Below are positions 39,716 to 50,502 of a stretch of DNA of 64,000 nucleotides, in pieces (position 1 is the first letter of the stretch; the number at the start of each line of letters is the position of its first letter). Under the pieces are notes generated by a model that searched no databases, was not told where the DNA came from, and was given only the letters and a program-made list of their open reading frames with translations. The position numbers and the translations under genes are program-made. Source of the stretch: an uncultured Methanosarcinaceae archaeon (lineage in GTDB: Archaea > Halobacteriota > Methanosarcinia > Methanosarcinales > Methanosarcinaceae); contig CAWJYV010000010.1 of NCBI GenBank assembly GCA_963847185.1, forward strand, positions 640,001 through 704,000, in the 5' to 3' direction.

Positions 39716-39973
39716 ATGTGTCATGAAATGTCCTCGGAACACTCTGATGAGTGCTGTTGCTCTGAATACTCTGAAACGTGCTGTTGCTCTGAACAGGGAT
39801 TCTTAGAAAACCTGACTGACGACCAGAAAAAGAAAATTATGATAATGCAAATAGACATGAAAATCCACGGGATGGAGCAGAAAATAAAGCATATGGAAGG
39901 CGCAATTGAAGGAAAGAAAAAGATGATAGCCAACATGAGGCAGATACAGGAAATGCTTAAACAGAATAAATAA
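39716..39973 (+). CDS. Small Cys-rich / coiled-coil protein
   Basis: SD AGGAG; two CCC motifs followed by a Met/Lys-rich heptad region. Confidence 0.7.
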   Translation: MCHEMSSEHSDECCCSEYSETCCCSEQGFLENLTDDQKKKIMIMQIDMKIHGMEQKIKHMEGAIEGKKKMIANMRQIQEMLKQNK

Positions 39974-40207
39974 GTTACTCAGAAGCAATAGAATTGTCAC
40001 TATCCAAATATTCTCTACTTTTTATAAAAACGAAACTTACTTTTTCGAATAATTTTCTGGATCCCTGCTAATAAATTACAGTATATCGTTTTGGTCTTGT
40101 CAATGAGTTATGATCAATTCTAGAAAAGAAGGCACATCTGCCTTATGTATACCATAGATTAAATTTTGAATTAAAATAAGATGGACAAGTTTAGATCATC
40201 TACTAAA

Positions 40208-40279
40208 AACCGCGGAAAACGCAGAATAAAGAGAGCACGGGCACAGAGACCTTCCGCGCGTTCCGCGTTTTCTGCGGTT
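40208..40279. repeat. GC-rich REP-like palindrome
   Basis: AACCGCGGAAAACGCAGAA...TTCCGCGTTTTCTGCGGTT. Confidence 0.55.
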
Positions 40280-40485
40280 ATAGAGTGTAGAGCAAGTTTT
40301 CCGTGCCCATATGTTCTCCTCTTACTCATAGAATCTCAAATATGTTCATTTGGATCCGGTTAACGAATTTTATGCACAACTTCGAATACCATCTATAGTG
40401 ATTTTCCAAAATAATTCCTTTAGATATTGCATAAAAAATAGCATTTTTGAGTTTTGTCTCTTGACCGATGACGAATGGAATACAA

Positions 40486-42051
40486 TTAAACATTCACTTT
40501 GGAATTTTCAGCGGCTGAAAGGTCAGATTTCGCTGTAACCTTTTCCCCTGCTTTTTCTACCGTTTTTTCCACCGTTTTTTCTTCAATCTTTAAAGCTGTT
40601 TCGCCTTTTTCCTCATATTTTCTTCCTAGCAACCTGTCCATGACCTTACAGGTTACTAGATCTCCTGCAACGTTTACTGCAGTCCTGCACATATCAAGAA
40701 TTCTATCAACTCCCATAATAAGAGCTATCCCGCTTGTAGGGATTCCAACACTATTGAGGATCATAGCAAGAACAATAATCCCTACACCAGGAATTGAGGG
40801 AGTTCCTATAGAAGCCCCAACTGCCATAACCATAACCATCAGAAGCTGAAAAGGTCCAAGGTGTACTCCAAATACTTCGGCCAGGAAAACAGTAGCTACT
40901 CCCTGATAGAGGGCAGTTCCGTTCATATTGACTGTTGCTCCAAGAGGAATTACGAATTGAGAAATAGAGGGCCTTACACCCAGGTTTTCCTGTGCTGTTT
41001 TGAGAGTAAGGGGCATAACTGCAGCAGAACTTGAGGTTGAAAAAGCAAGAAGCAGAACATCACGGATAGCCTTCAGGAAGTCAAAGGGATTGGATCTGGC
41101 AACAAAAAAAACGATAAGGAGATTCAGACCCATCATAAGAGCAAGACTTACAAGCACTGTGGCTACATATACAACCATTCCCATCAGGGCATCGACACCG
41201 AGTTTAATGGTAAATTTGGTAAGTAGTCCAAAAACTGCAACCGGGGCAAGTGACATGCTCCATTTGACTACAGTCATGCAGATAGACTGTACAGAATTCA
41301 GGAAGCTAACCATAGGAGTTGACTGTTCTTTATCCAGAGAAACAAGGGCAACACCTATAACCACTGCAAGAAAGACAACCTGCAGCATCTCTCCACTAAC
41401 CATAGCCCCAAAGGGATTGGAGGGAAAGATATTTCCCACTAGCAGAGAGGGAAAATCCAGAGCTGAAGGGTCGAAACTTAGAGCTGTAGTTACAGGCTGT
41501 GCCTTCACTCCAAGAGCGCTTTCAACAAGGTCCCCACTAATAAATCTCCCGGGATGAATATAGAGCGCCATCTTCAGCCCTATAGCAGTTGCAATTGCGG
41601 TCGTTATTAAAAAGTAAACTGCAGTAAAAAGCCCTGTCTTTTTAAGTTCATTCATGCTCTGTGAAGCAACCCCAAGAATAATTGAGGCAAAAACAAGAGG
41701 GACAACAATCATCTTCAAGAGCGCGAGAAAAATGTAACCAGGAAGAGCAATCCATTCTCCTATTATTTCTGCAGAAGCCGGGTTAACGTATCCTCCAAGA
41801 GGCCCTAGAAAAAGCCCTAGAACTATCCCAAGACCCATGCTTATCAGGATTTTCAGCCAGAGTTTCTTTTCAAGAAGGTCGTGTAGATTGCGACTCAAGT
41901 CTTTAAGATAATTATTGCGTCTTAAATCCAGAGGGGAATAGATTCGAGTAATTCCTTCTGAAATCTCATGACCAAGTACCTTCGTTTCCTCAGCGAGTTC
42001 ATGCGTGAATTTTTTGGGGTCAGGAATGAAATGGTTGTTTCGGGCTTTCAT
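40486..42051 (-). CDS. Dicarboxylate/amino acid:cation symporter (GltP/SDF family)
   Basis: LAFSTSSSAAVMP, PLGATVNMNGTA, DRILDMCRTAVNVAGD. Confidence 0.95.
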   Translation of the reverse strand: MKARNNHFIPDPKKFTHELAEETKVLGHEISEGITRIYSPLDLRRNNYLKDLSRNLHDLLEKKLWLKILISMGLGIVLGLFLGPLGGYVNPASAEIIGEWIALPGYIFLALLKMIVVPLVFASIILGVASQSMNELKKTGLFTAVYFLITTAIATAIGLKMALYIHPGRFISGDLVESALGVKAQPVTTALSFDPSALDFPSLLVGNIFPSNPFGAMVSGEMLQVVFLAVVIGVALVSLDKEQSTPMVSFLNSVQSICMTVVKWSMSLAPVAVFGLLTKFTIKLGVDALMGMVVYVATVLVSLALMMGLNLLIVFFVARSNPFDFLKAIRDVLLLAFSTSSSAAVMPLTLKTAQENLGVRPSISQFVIPLGATVNMNGTALYQGVATVFLAEVFGVHLGPFQLLMVMVMAVGASIGTPSIPGVGIIVLAMILNSVGIPTSGIALIMGVDRILDMCRTAVNVAGDLVTCKVMDRLLGRKYEEKGETALKIEEKTVEKTVEKAGEKVTAKSDLSAAENSKVNV

Positions 42052-42690
42052 AGGGGATCACAGGGAAAATGTATGGGTTGGAAAGGGGATCGTTTTTAGG
42101 GGGTTTTGCTGAATTGGAAATTACATTCTCATTAGATTATATAAAAGCTTAGATAAACATATAACAATTTTTAAGCAATGGTTTTACAGGAAAAAGATTC
42201 ACTAAAACTTTTTGATTTGTACTTAAAAAACCTTGAGTAACTATAAAAAGATTCAATCTTTTGATTTAACGTTTATTAATTAATCCGAGAATAGAAAATG
42301 AATTTTTTTATTCAAGCAATCTTAACTTGTGTCAGTTGTTCCTTTTTATTCCTTTAAGTTTTCAGGGACCGTGGGAGTTAAGGTATTTTTGGTCTGAGTG
42401 TTGATTTCCTTATGGTATGTACTACAAACATTAAGTATAATATTACTAAATATTATGGAATTAAAGAAAAGTATTAAATATAAGTTAGTCGTACATATTT
42501 ATGCTAGATGAACAGACAAAAAACAGAAAAGCCTCCTAGATCTGTAAAGTGAGTTTACAACTCCTGAATTCCTCACCTGTATGTGCAGGCAGGTGAGGGG
42601 CTTCAGGTTTAAGGGATGGGCAAAAAATCATCAATATGGGAATTACTGGGACTGTTTTAACTGTTACACCTTTTAAGTATAATACTATCT

Positions 42691-42948
42691 TTGTTTAAAA
42701 TTGCAGAGCAGCAGCAGAAAGGTCTTATTCCATCTGAAGCGGACCCGCGTACCCTTGCAACTGCTATCGTGGCATTGTTCAACGGAATGAGAGTTCTTAT
42801 TCTCCTTGGCGTTGGTTGGAACGAAGTCCGTTCTCGCTGGATCGAAATACTCCGAAATCTATTTGGAATAACAGAAAAAGAGAAGAAAGCAGAATGCCCC
42901 AGGAATTGCAAAAGATTTGAAGATTGCAACACTTCACCAAAAGCATGA
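42691..42948 (+). pseudogene. C-terminal remnant of a TetR-family regulator
   Basis: EQQQKGLIPSEADPRTLATAIVALFNGM; no HTH domain upstream. Confidence 0.55.
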
Positions 42949-43051
42949 GTGTGAACTCCAAAAAAATTTGATAATTTCCTTTTAAACCTCAAATAGAGGA
43001 AAAGGGGTGAATTAGAAGATAAGATAAGAAAATGAGAAGAAAAACTTCTAC

Positions 43052-44296
43052 TTACGTATAGTAGTCCCACTGGAAAAACCCATTGAAAGTATCGTAAATG
43101 TAATATCTTATTTGGTCAAAGAAGCTGTCTGAGGTATTTCCATACTCAACACTTTCTCCACTCTCAGGCTCAGTACCATTACCATTCTCAGATTCATTAT
43201 TTTTTCCATCTTCATACTGAGTACCTTCTTTATCACTCGCCAGCTTAACTAACCATGCATTCCCATTTTTGACGCCTGCAGCTATGTACCCGCTATCTGA
43301 AGTCTGTTGAATGGAATATAGCGTACAATTAGAGAATACTTTCATCCACTCCTGATTCCCTTTACTATCCGTTTTGAGTATGAAAGCAGAGCCATCAGTC
43401 CCATAGGAATAGGATTCGGTATACTTACCAACCAACACGTAACCGTTATCAGAAGTCACGGAAAGAGAATAAGCAGAATCATCTAGCGGCCCACCAAAAG
43501 TCTTGTTCCATTGCTCCTGACCATATTCATCTGTCTTGATAAGCCATATATCAGAATTAGTGTTTGTTTCATTGAGATTAATTGCGCTGGCAATTACATA
43601 TCCACCATCGTGTGCTTGCTTAATTAAACCTAAAGACGGATCTAGCGTTTCAGAACTATTATTTTGACCAAAAGTGTTATTCCATTGCTGATTACCGCTT
43701 AAGTCATATTTAGTTAATCTGATATCAGGATCAATCATAAGCAAATCGTCTTGGGCTCCAATTTCATACTCAATTATATCCCCAATTATATACCCGCCAT
43801 CAGACGTACGCTCAGCCCTATATTGAAGATAATCCTCATGGGTAATTTCATTACATCTTTTTTTCCACAGCTCGTTTCCATTCTTGTCAGTCTTTATCAG
43901 CCAGGGCTCAGCAGAAGGAAATGCATAATCAGAAGGAAATATAGAATCCGATAACACATAACCACCATCTGAGGTTTGTCGGGTAAAGTATCCCTCATCA
44001 AAATAAGTTCCCCCGTAGGTTCGATTCCACTGTATATTCCCAATATTATCAGCCTTGATAAGCCAGGCATCGTGATAGCCTTCCATTTCTTTTCCGTATG
44101 GAACTGTTGCACCTGCAATTACATACCCACTATCTGAAGTTTGTTGAACGCACCAGAAATTATCTTCGCCATCGCCGCCAAAAGACCTGTTCCATTGTTC
44201 TGCAGGTGCTTCGACAGCTGCCACACTTGATACCTGTGAAAACAGAATTAAAACAAGAAAAATTTGGAATATTCTATATTCAGTATTCTTAACCAT
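43052..44296 (-). CDS. Secreted / cell-surface repeat protein (beta-propeller-like)
   Basis: Signal peptide; repeated QWNKTFGG...QTSDGGY...WLIKTDxxG units. Confidence 0.8.
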   Translation of the reverse strand: MVKNTEYRIFQIFLVLILFSQVSSVAAVEAPAEQWNRSFGGDGEDNFWCVQQTSDSGYVIAGATVPYGKEMEGYHDAWLIKADNIGNIQWNRTYGGTYFDEGYFTRQTSDGGYVLSDSIFPSDYAFPSAEPWLIKTDKNGNELWKKRCNEITHEDYLQYRAERTSDGGYIIGDIIEYEIGAQDDLLMIDPDIRLTKYDLSGNQQWNNTFGQNNSSETLDPSLGLIKQAHDGGYVIASAINLNETNTNSDIWLIKTDEYGQEQWNKTFGGPLDDSAYSLSVTSDNGYVLVGKYTESYSYGTDGSAFILKTDSKGNQEWMKVFSNCTLYSIQQTSDSGYIAAGVKNGNAWLVKLASDKEGTQYEDGKNNESENGNGTEPESGESVEYGNTSDSFFDQIRYYIYDTFNGFFQWDYYT

Positions 44297-44691
44297 CCTG
44301 TCACCCTAAAAAATGGACTGCGATAAAGACGTCAAACTTTAGATAGAATATTTAGTGAGTCCCTCAAGGATATGAATATTACCAATCATAAATATAGTTA
44401 AGAAGCACAGCAAAAATAATGTCGTCCTTTTCAAGCCCATGAGTATTCTCTGATTGTTGATTGGAAGCATTGCGCGGAGAATTTATACGACTATACACAC
44501 CGCAGTATCATCCTATGATTATGAAAAAAGATTTATGACTTTACAGTCTTTTTGCCGGCATTCTGGTTATTCAATCTAAAAGCTAGAAGACTAATTCTCG
44601 AAACTCCTCATTTTGTTAAAAACATACCATGGAAAATATAATTGCTAATGGAAATCTAAATTTTAGACCTAAGTTTTATTTATAACTGAAT

Positions 44692-45270
44692 TTAAGAAAA
44701 TAAAGATGTTTCAATAGCAGGCTTCAAAAGTACTGCTCTGTCAAAGGAAAACTTAGGTTCAGAAACCCGTTCAAGACCCACGGATCGGGCAATTTCCAGA
44801 GTGCTGTCAAAATTGGATTTTGAGACATGGAATTTAGGCTCAACAATCAAAAACCTTCCATCAGGTTTAAGATGGGAAGCGACTTCGCTCAAAAAACTCT
44901 TTTTATCCGGGACCTCATGAACCATATAGAAAGCCAGGGCAAAATCCACCATCTCGGAGATGCCTAATTTTTCAGGTTGGGCTTTATGGAGAACGATACG
45001 AGAACTAAGCCCTTCACGCTCGCTTTTACTCTTTACTATCTGAAGCATTTCATCCTGAATATCCACTGAGATGACCCTTCCTTTTTCACCCACCAGCTTC
45101 GCCATTGCCAGGGAAAAGAAACCGGGCCCGCAACCCAAATCCATAACAACCTGCCCTTCTTTGATATATTTGCCAATAATTTTGTATGGGTTTTGTAAAA
45201 ATCTGCGAACCCAGTTGTCAAGGGTCCAGGCCATCTGATAGGGGCATACATCCGTAGATTTGCTCGTCAT
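44692..45270 (-). CDS. Class I SAM-dependent methyltransferase
   Basis: MDLGCGPG, VDIQ, FYMVHEV, LKPDG. Start at the ATG after GGAGG. Confidence 0.9.
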   Translation of the reverse strand: MTSKSTDVCPYQMAWTLDNWVRRFLQNPYKIIGKYIKEGQVVMDLGCGPGFFSLAMAKLVGEKGRVISVDIQDEMLQIVKSKSEREGLSSRIVLHKAQPEKLGISEMVDFALAFYMVHEVPDKKSFLSEVASHLKPDGRFLIVEPKFHVSKSNFDSTLEIARSVGLERVSEPKFSFDRAVLLKPAIETSLFS

Positions 45271-45518
45271 TTTTCTTCCTCCTTTTAATTTTGGATTGTA
45301 TCTCAGTTCCGGAGAGAAAAAATCCAAAAAATTGATTACATATCTTTGAATTTGAATATATCTTTCTAATATGTTTTCGCATCTGGTTAAACCCTAAAGT
45401 TTTGGAAAATAGAAAAGTTATAGATATGCTTTTTTAGCACTAAATTTTTGTACACATAAGTACATCAAAGGACACATTAGCATCAGAAAAGCAGTTATTA
45501 TGGAATTTGGTGGATTAG

Positions 45519-46316
45519 ATGGATTACGTACACGGATATTCTAATAGGGAAAATTCTCGGCTTCAGGATCAGGCAAATACACTCACTGAGCTATTACATC
45601 ACGATACCATATATCCTCAGGGAAGCAGAGTTCTCGAGGCCGGCTGCGGTGTGGGTGCACAGACGGTCATACTGGGCAGAAACAGCCCTGATGCCAGTAT
45701 CACATCAATTGATATTTCAGCCGAATCAATTGAAAAAGCAAGACAGTTGGCTGAAAAAGAGGGTTTGGAGAATGTTGATTTTCAGGTGGCAAATATCTTC
45801 GATCTACCCTATGAAGACGAGACTTTTGATCATATTTTCATATGCTTTGTACTTGAACACCTTAAAAACCCACTTGACGCCTTATTGTCGGTGAAAAGGG
45901 TACTCAAAAAAGATGGCACGATAACTATCATAGAGGGAGATCACGGTTCAAGCTATTTTTACCCCAGGAGCGATGAAGCTATGCAGGCGATAAAGTGCCT
46001 GATAGATATCCAGGAGCTTTTGGGAGGTAACTCCCTCGTAGGTAGAGAAATCTATCCGCTATTGAATCGAGCTGGTTTTAAAAACGTGAGTGTCTCCCCC
46101 AGAATGGTATATGTTGATTCGAGTAAACCCGATCTGGTAGAGGGATTTACGAAAAATACTTTCACTGCAATGGTCGAAGGTGTCAGGAAGCAGGCACTGG
46201 AACTAAAGATGATCGACGAAAAAACGTGGGATAAAGGTATTAGCGACCTTTACCGGACGGCAGGGCAAGAAGGAACGTTTTGCTACACCTTTTTTAAAGG
46301 CACAGCCACTAAATAA
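45519..46316 (+). CDS. Class I SAM-dependent methyltransferase
   Basis: VLEAGCGVG, IDIS, FVLEHL, RVLKKDG. Confidence 0.9.
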   Translation: MDYVHGYSNRENSRLQDQANTLTELLHHDTIYPQGSRVLEAGCGVGAQTVILGRNSPDASITSIDISAESIEKARQLAEKEGLENVDFQVANIFDLPYEDETFDHIFICFVLEHLKNPLDALLSVKRVLKKDGTITIIEGDHGSSYFYPRSDEAMQAIKCLIDIQELLGGNSLVGREIYPLLNRAGFKNVSVSPRMVYVDSSKPDLVEGFTKNTFTAMVEGVRKQALELKMIDEKTWDKGISDLYRTAGQEGTFCYTFFKGTATK

Positions 46317-46487
46317 TTCCATCGTGTATTATTTCCTGGCTTTCCAAGTCAATTTGAAGTTGATCACTTGATGGGTTGTGCAAGGTTTTAACTGAGCAAA
46401 CTTATACTTATTTATTTAAAAGTTCTTAGTGTATTTAGAACGTATTAATCAAACCTCATTTTAATCCCATACGCCGGAGGCGGTACT

Positions 46488-47264
46488 ATGAGAAATATCA
46501 TAAAATATGGAATTTTTCTAGTTGGGACTCTTTCTTTGCTGACACTAAATGGTTTAGCGTTGTCCAATTCTTCAAATGATAGCATACAACTCTCAAATGA
46601 CAGTAATGAACCCGTAACTATTAGTGTCAGTGGATCACTCGTAGAACTCAACCATGAGGAATTAATTAGCAACTCCGATACGATTGTAATAGGTACAGTA
46701 AAGGAAATACTTCCAAGTAAATACGGAGACAGATTCAGTAAAGATACTGACTTCGGCCCAGATCATGTTATCTATACTGATATTATCATAAGTGTAGATG
46801 AATACCTCAAAAATCCATTATCATCAAATGAGGTTAGAGTGAGAGTAGCAGGTGGGACAATTGGAAGCGACAATATGTCAACAGATTATGAACCTAGTTT
46901 CAAAGCAGGTGAAAAAGTTTTACTTTATCTTGCCAAAGATACTAGCCATGCTACTCAGGATATTGGTCCTGAGCACTTTGTGGTTACAGGATGTCTACAG
47001 GGCAAGTACACATTAACTGATGATGGAAAAGCAATAAGACCCGATGAAAATACGACTCTGGATGAGTTGCTGAGTACAATTAATCAAACAGAGAATAAGA
47101 CAAACGATACCAAAATGTCAGAGAATACAGAAACGGCGAGAAAACAAGAAGAAAATTCCATTTCTACTCCAGAATCAAAAAATGCTCCTTTCATAAGCTC
47201 TTTCTGGACGTTTGCAGTACTGCTCGGAGTAGTTATGATTTTAAGAAGGCACAGGTGGAAATAA
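46488..47264 (+). CDS. Secreted surface protein with a C-terminal membrane anchor (PGF-CTERM-like)
   Basis: Signal peptide, T/E/N-rich linker, APF + hydrophobic helix + RRHRWK tail. Confidence 0.7.
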   Translation: MRNIIKYGIFLVGTLSLLTLNGLALSNSSNDSIQLSNDSNEPVTISVSGSLVELNHEELISNSDTIVIGTVKEILPSKYGDRFSKDTDFGPDHVIYTDIIISVDEYLKNPLSSNEVRVRVAGGTIGSDNMSTDYEPSFKAGEKVLLYLAKDTSHATQDIGPEHFVVTGCLQGKYTLTDDGKAIRPDENTTLDELLSTINQTENKTNDTKMSENTETARKQEENSISTPESKNAPFISSFWTFAVLLGVVMILRRHRWK

Positions 47265-47352
47265 GCTATTTGTAACTTTATTAGATGACTATTTTGCTTC
47301 ACTAGAAGATAGCACCTATGAATATTTATAAAGTTGGAAGACGAAAGCAGTT

Positions 47353-47889
47353 TTGAGAGGAAGTAAAAAAGTGAGTACTTATAGTGACGGCATTATTTTA
47401 TTCAGGTTCAGGAATAAGAAACTTGAAGTGATGCTAGTTCATCCAGGTGGGCCAATTTGGGCAAAAAAAGACTACGGAGTATGGTCAATGCCGAAAGGGC
47501 TACCCGAAGAGCATGAAAATCCTCTGGACACGGCTAAAAGAGAGTTTAAAGAAGAAACAGGTTTTGAAGTTGACGGCGAGTTTATTGATCTGGAAGAGTT
47601 AAATCAATCTGGCAACAAGATAGTACATATATGGGCTCTTGAAAAAGACCTGGATGTAACAAATATTGTAAGTAATACATTTAAACTTGAGTGGCCAAAA
47701 AACTCTAGGAAAGTACAGGAGTTTCCCGAGGTCGACAAAGCAGGCTGGTTCGATATTGAGCTAGCTAAGAAAAAAATACGAAAAGGACAGATAGGCTTTC
47801 TTGATAAACTCACAGGTATTCTTAATTACTCTGAAGAGAAAAAGCACTTAGATAAGGAAAAAAGGTACAGGCAAACCACACTATTTTAA
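47353..47889 (+). CDS. NUDIX hydrolase
   Basis: LVHPGGP.W, WSMPKG...AKREFKEETG Nudix box. Confidence 0.9.
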   Translation: MRGSKKVSTYSDGIILFRFRNKKLEVMLVHPGGPIWAKKDYGVWSMPKGLPEEHENPLDTAKREFKEETGFEVDGEFIDLEELNQSGNKIVHIWALEKDLDVTNIVSNTFKLEWPKNSRKVQEFPEVDKAGWFDIELAKKKIRKGQIGFLDKLTGILNYSEEKKHLDKEKRYRQTTLF

Positions 47890-48076
47890 ACGCTGACCAA
47901 AAGTTGCGGGGATTAAATCTTTGCTGAAAGCCTGAATACAAGCTTTCAGTCTGAGATATTTACTATTTTTTACCGTGATTGATCAGATATAACCTTTGTG
48001 TTGCCACATTCTTTATTTTGACGGTTAGACTAATGTATTTTCGGTTTAATTTGATGCATTTTGAGGTTGTCTGCTG

Positions 48077-48391
48077 TTAATTGTTCAAAACTTTACTGTT
48101 AGTATAGCAACCTGCAGCTCTTTGGCCTCTGCCAAAACCAATGTCGTAGCCATCTGTGTAGCCATCAGTATAGTCGCTTGGACCTACTATTCTGTGTGAT
48201 GCTACACCATACACACGTATTGGGTTTTTGCACTTATCGAAACCGTCTGAATAGCCGTCTCTGATACCCTCTTTGTATCCTCTTTCGTAGTCTCTTTGAT
48301 TCGCGCTTACTGCTGTAGCTGTTATTGCCACAAGGAAACAAACTAACAGCAAAATAGCCAGTATCTTCCTTATTTTCAGTTCTCCCGTCAA
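48077..48391 (-). CDS. Small secreted protein with GYxxGY repeats
   Basis: Signal peptide; GYKEG..DGYSDG..DGYTDGYDIG. Confidence 0.6.
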   Translation of the reverse strand: MTGELKIRKILAILLLVCFLVAITATAVSANQRDYERGYKEGIRDGYSDGFDKCKNPIRVYGVASHRIVGPSDYTDGYTDGYDIGFGRGQRAAGCYTNSKVLNN

Positions 48392-48667
48392 TCTAAACCC
48401 CCTTTATTTTTCACTGTCTCTTAATGTGTTGTTATTGAAGGGAAAAGAGGCTTCGGTAGCTAGAATTCATTAAAAACCCCATGCTTACAATTCCCACCCT
48501 GTTTTTAACACATAAGAATTATACAATTAAGTCATATAATAATTTCCAGACCCTATAATCTTAATGTGTTTCTTATCAGTAAAGAAGTGAGGTGGATCTT
48601 GTAATAGAATTGTTTTTCCAGATAATCTAGGGAAAAATATTTACAAAATGTTCACAAACTTTGTGGC

Positions 48668-49298
48668 ATGAATTTCGGATTTTTGATTTTCCCAGGAATG
48701 GAAGAGTTGGATCTTGTCGGGCCGTGGGAAATAATATCACTCTGGAGCAAATTTGCTCAAGGGCCTGAGAAATGCCTCATGATTGCCGAGAATCCTGATC
48801 CCGTAATCTGTAACAAGGGAATGTCCATAAATCCTCATGTTACCTTTGCGGATTGCCCTCCACTTGGACTTTCTCCTTGTGCCGGGCGGCGAAGGCACGC
48901 ATAAAGAGGTAGATAATCAGTCTCTGATTCAATTCGTTGCCAGGCAGGCTGAACATTGTAAAGCTGTGCTTTCTGTCTGCACCGGAACATTCATCCTTCA
49001 CCGTGCCGGCTTGCTCACAAATAAACGAGCTACTACGCACTGGGCTTCACTCCAGAAGCTGCGAGAATTGGGTGACGTGGAGGTAGTGGAGGATCGAATT
49101 GTAAGAGATGGAAATATCTGGACCTCGGCAGGCATTTCTGCTGGCATCGATCTGGCGCTTGAATTTATTGAATACATGACAGATGAAAAGACGGCGGGCA
49201 AAATTCAGCTCGGTGCCGAGTACTATCCGTCTGGCAAGTCATATGGTATGATGCACAAAATTCCGCAGGCTCCTGAGTATATGAGAGAAAAGGACTGA
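48668..49298 (+). pseudogene. DJ-1/PfpI (InhA-like) protein, frameshifted
   Basis: EELDLVGPWE...DCPPL in one frame and DFLLVPGG..SVCTG..ATTHW..TSAGISAGID in another; one extra base at ~48866. Confidence 0.8.
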
Positions 49299-49348
49299 AA
49301 TCAAGGCTAAAAGCGGAATGCTGCAGTCCCTCCAAACCCTTCAAGAAC

Positions 49349-50167
49349 TTACTGCCATGTCACCTCAAGAGGTTTCCGGCGTGGGATTGCAGATATTTTG
49401 TACTGAGGGTTGCCAAACATCATTGCATAGGCACACTTTCTGTCTTCAGGCAGACCAAGCTCCTTCTGCAGGGGTTCATAGAAACTAGCAGCCGCATAAA
49501 CAAAACCAGCCCAGCAGGTTCCTATCCCGAATGCAGGAGCAGCAATATCAAAGTGGGTAAGGGCAATTATAGCATCGGTTGGTGCAATAGGGTTATCCTC
49601 AGGAATGTGGGCAAAAAGCAGGTGCGGAGCACCCCTGCAAATTACATCGTGCCCCTGTTCCCAGGCTGAAATAAGTATTGGCACATAGATGCTCATGGGA
49701 TGATTAGTGTTCTGAAGGCTTCTCATCCATTCGATAGTGAGCCCGGCAATCTTCCTGACTCTTTCTGGATCATGGATAACAAGCCACTGAACCGGCTGAC
49801 CGTTGCCTCCGGAAGCGGCGTAACGGGCAATATCAAGGACTTCAAGAATCTTTTCCTCTGGCACAGGCTCTTTGGTAAAATGTCGAACAGACCTGCGTTT
49901 TTTGAGATAGATTCCCAGATCTTCTGGAGAAATACTACCTGCACCTGCAGGAAGGGGAATTTTTTCTTCAGGATGTAAGTTCAGGATGAGAGCCTGCGTG
50001 GGGCAAAAAGCCTCGCAGTGTCCGCAGTAAAGGCAGCGGGAAGCATTCGTTTCCTGTACTTGCGGGAGATGAGATTCATCAACCGGATCGATAATACCTG
50101 AAGAGCAAACTTTTACACAAATGCCGCATTGTGTGCAACTATCCTGATTAACAATAATGTGAGTCAT
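49349..50167 (-). CDS. Nitroreductase with N-terminal 2x[4Fe-4S] ferredoxin domain
   Basis: CTQCGICVKVC, CLYCGHCEAFCP, RRSVRHF, ASGGNGQP, GTCWAG. Confidence 0.93.
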   Translation of the reverse strand: MTHIIVNQDSCTQCGICVKVCSSGIIDPVDESHLPQVQETNASRCLYCGHCEAFCPTQALILNLHPEEKIPLPAGAGSISPEDLGIYLKKRRSVRHFTKEPVPEEKILEVLDIARYAASGGNGQPVQWLVIHDPERVRKIAGLTIEWMRSLQNTNHPMSIYVPILISAWEQGHDVICRGAPHLLFAHIPEDNPIAPTDAIIALTHFDIAAPAFGIGTCWAGFVYAAASFYEPLQKELGLPEDRKCAYAMMFGNPQYKISAIPRRKPLEVTWQ

Positions 50168-50430
50168 GGTATTGAGTCCTGCTAAAGTATAGTATCAAAA
50201 TATTCTGAGGACAGATATAAACAAACCAATATTTATTTACTTTTCTTTTTTTCTCTGCCTGTGAAACTCAACTCATTCTTCAACTCATTCTATTACTGCC
50301 TGGCCAAAGAATAAAAGGTGCATACGTGTCTTTACACCTACCTCAAAAACTTAAAATCTGTTTTCTAAGAAGAAAAACTAAGCAGACCTTGACATTCAAA
50401 TTCTTATGAAGGAGAAATGGAAGAGGGAGA

Positions 50431-50502
50431 AAAAAATGAATATGGGAAGAGAAAATGAATATGGAGAGGGAGAAAGAATATGGAGGAAGGGAAATGAATA
50501 TG
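50431..50502 (+). repeat. Degenerate tandem repeats of (AAT)GAATATGG around the start codon
   Basis: Four GAATATGG units separated by purine-rich spacers. Confidence 0.6.
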
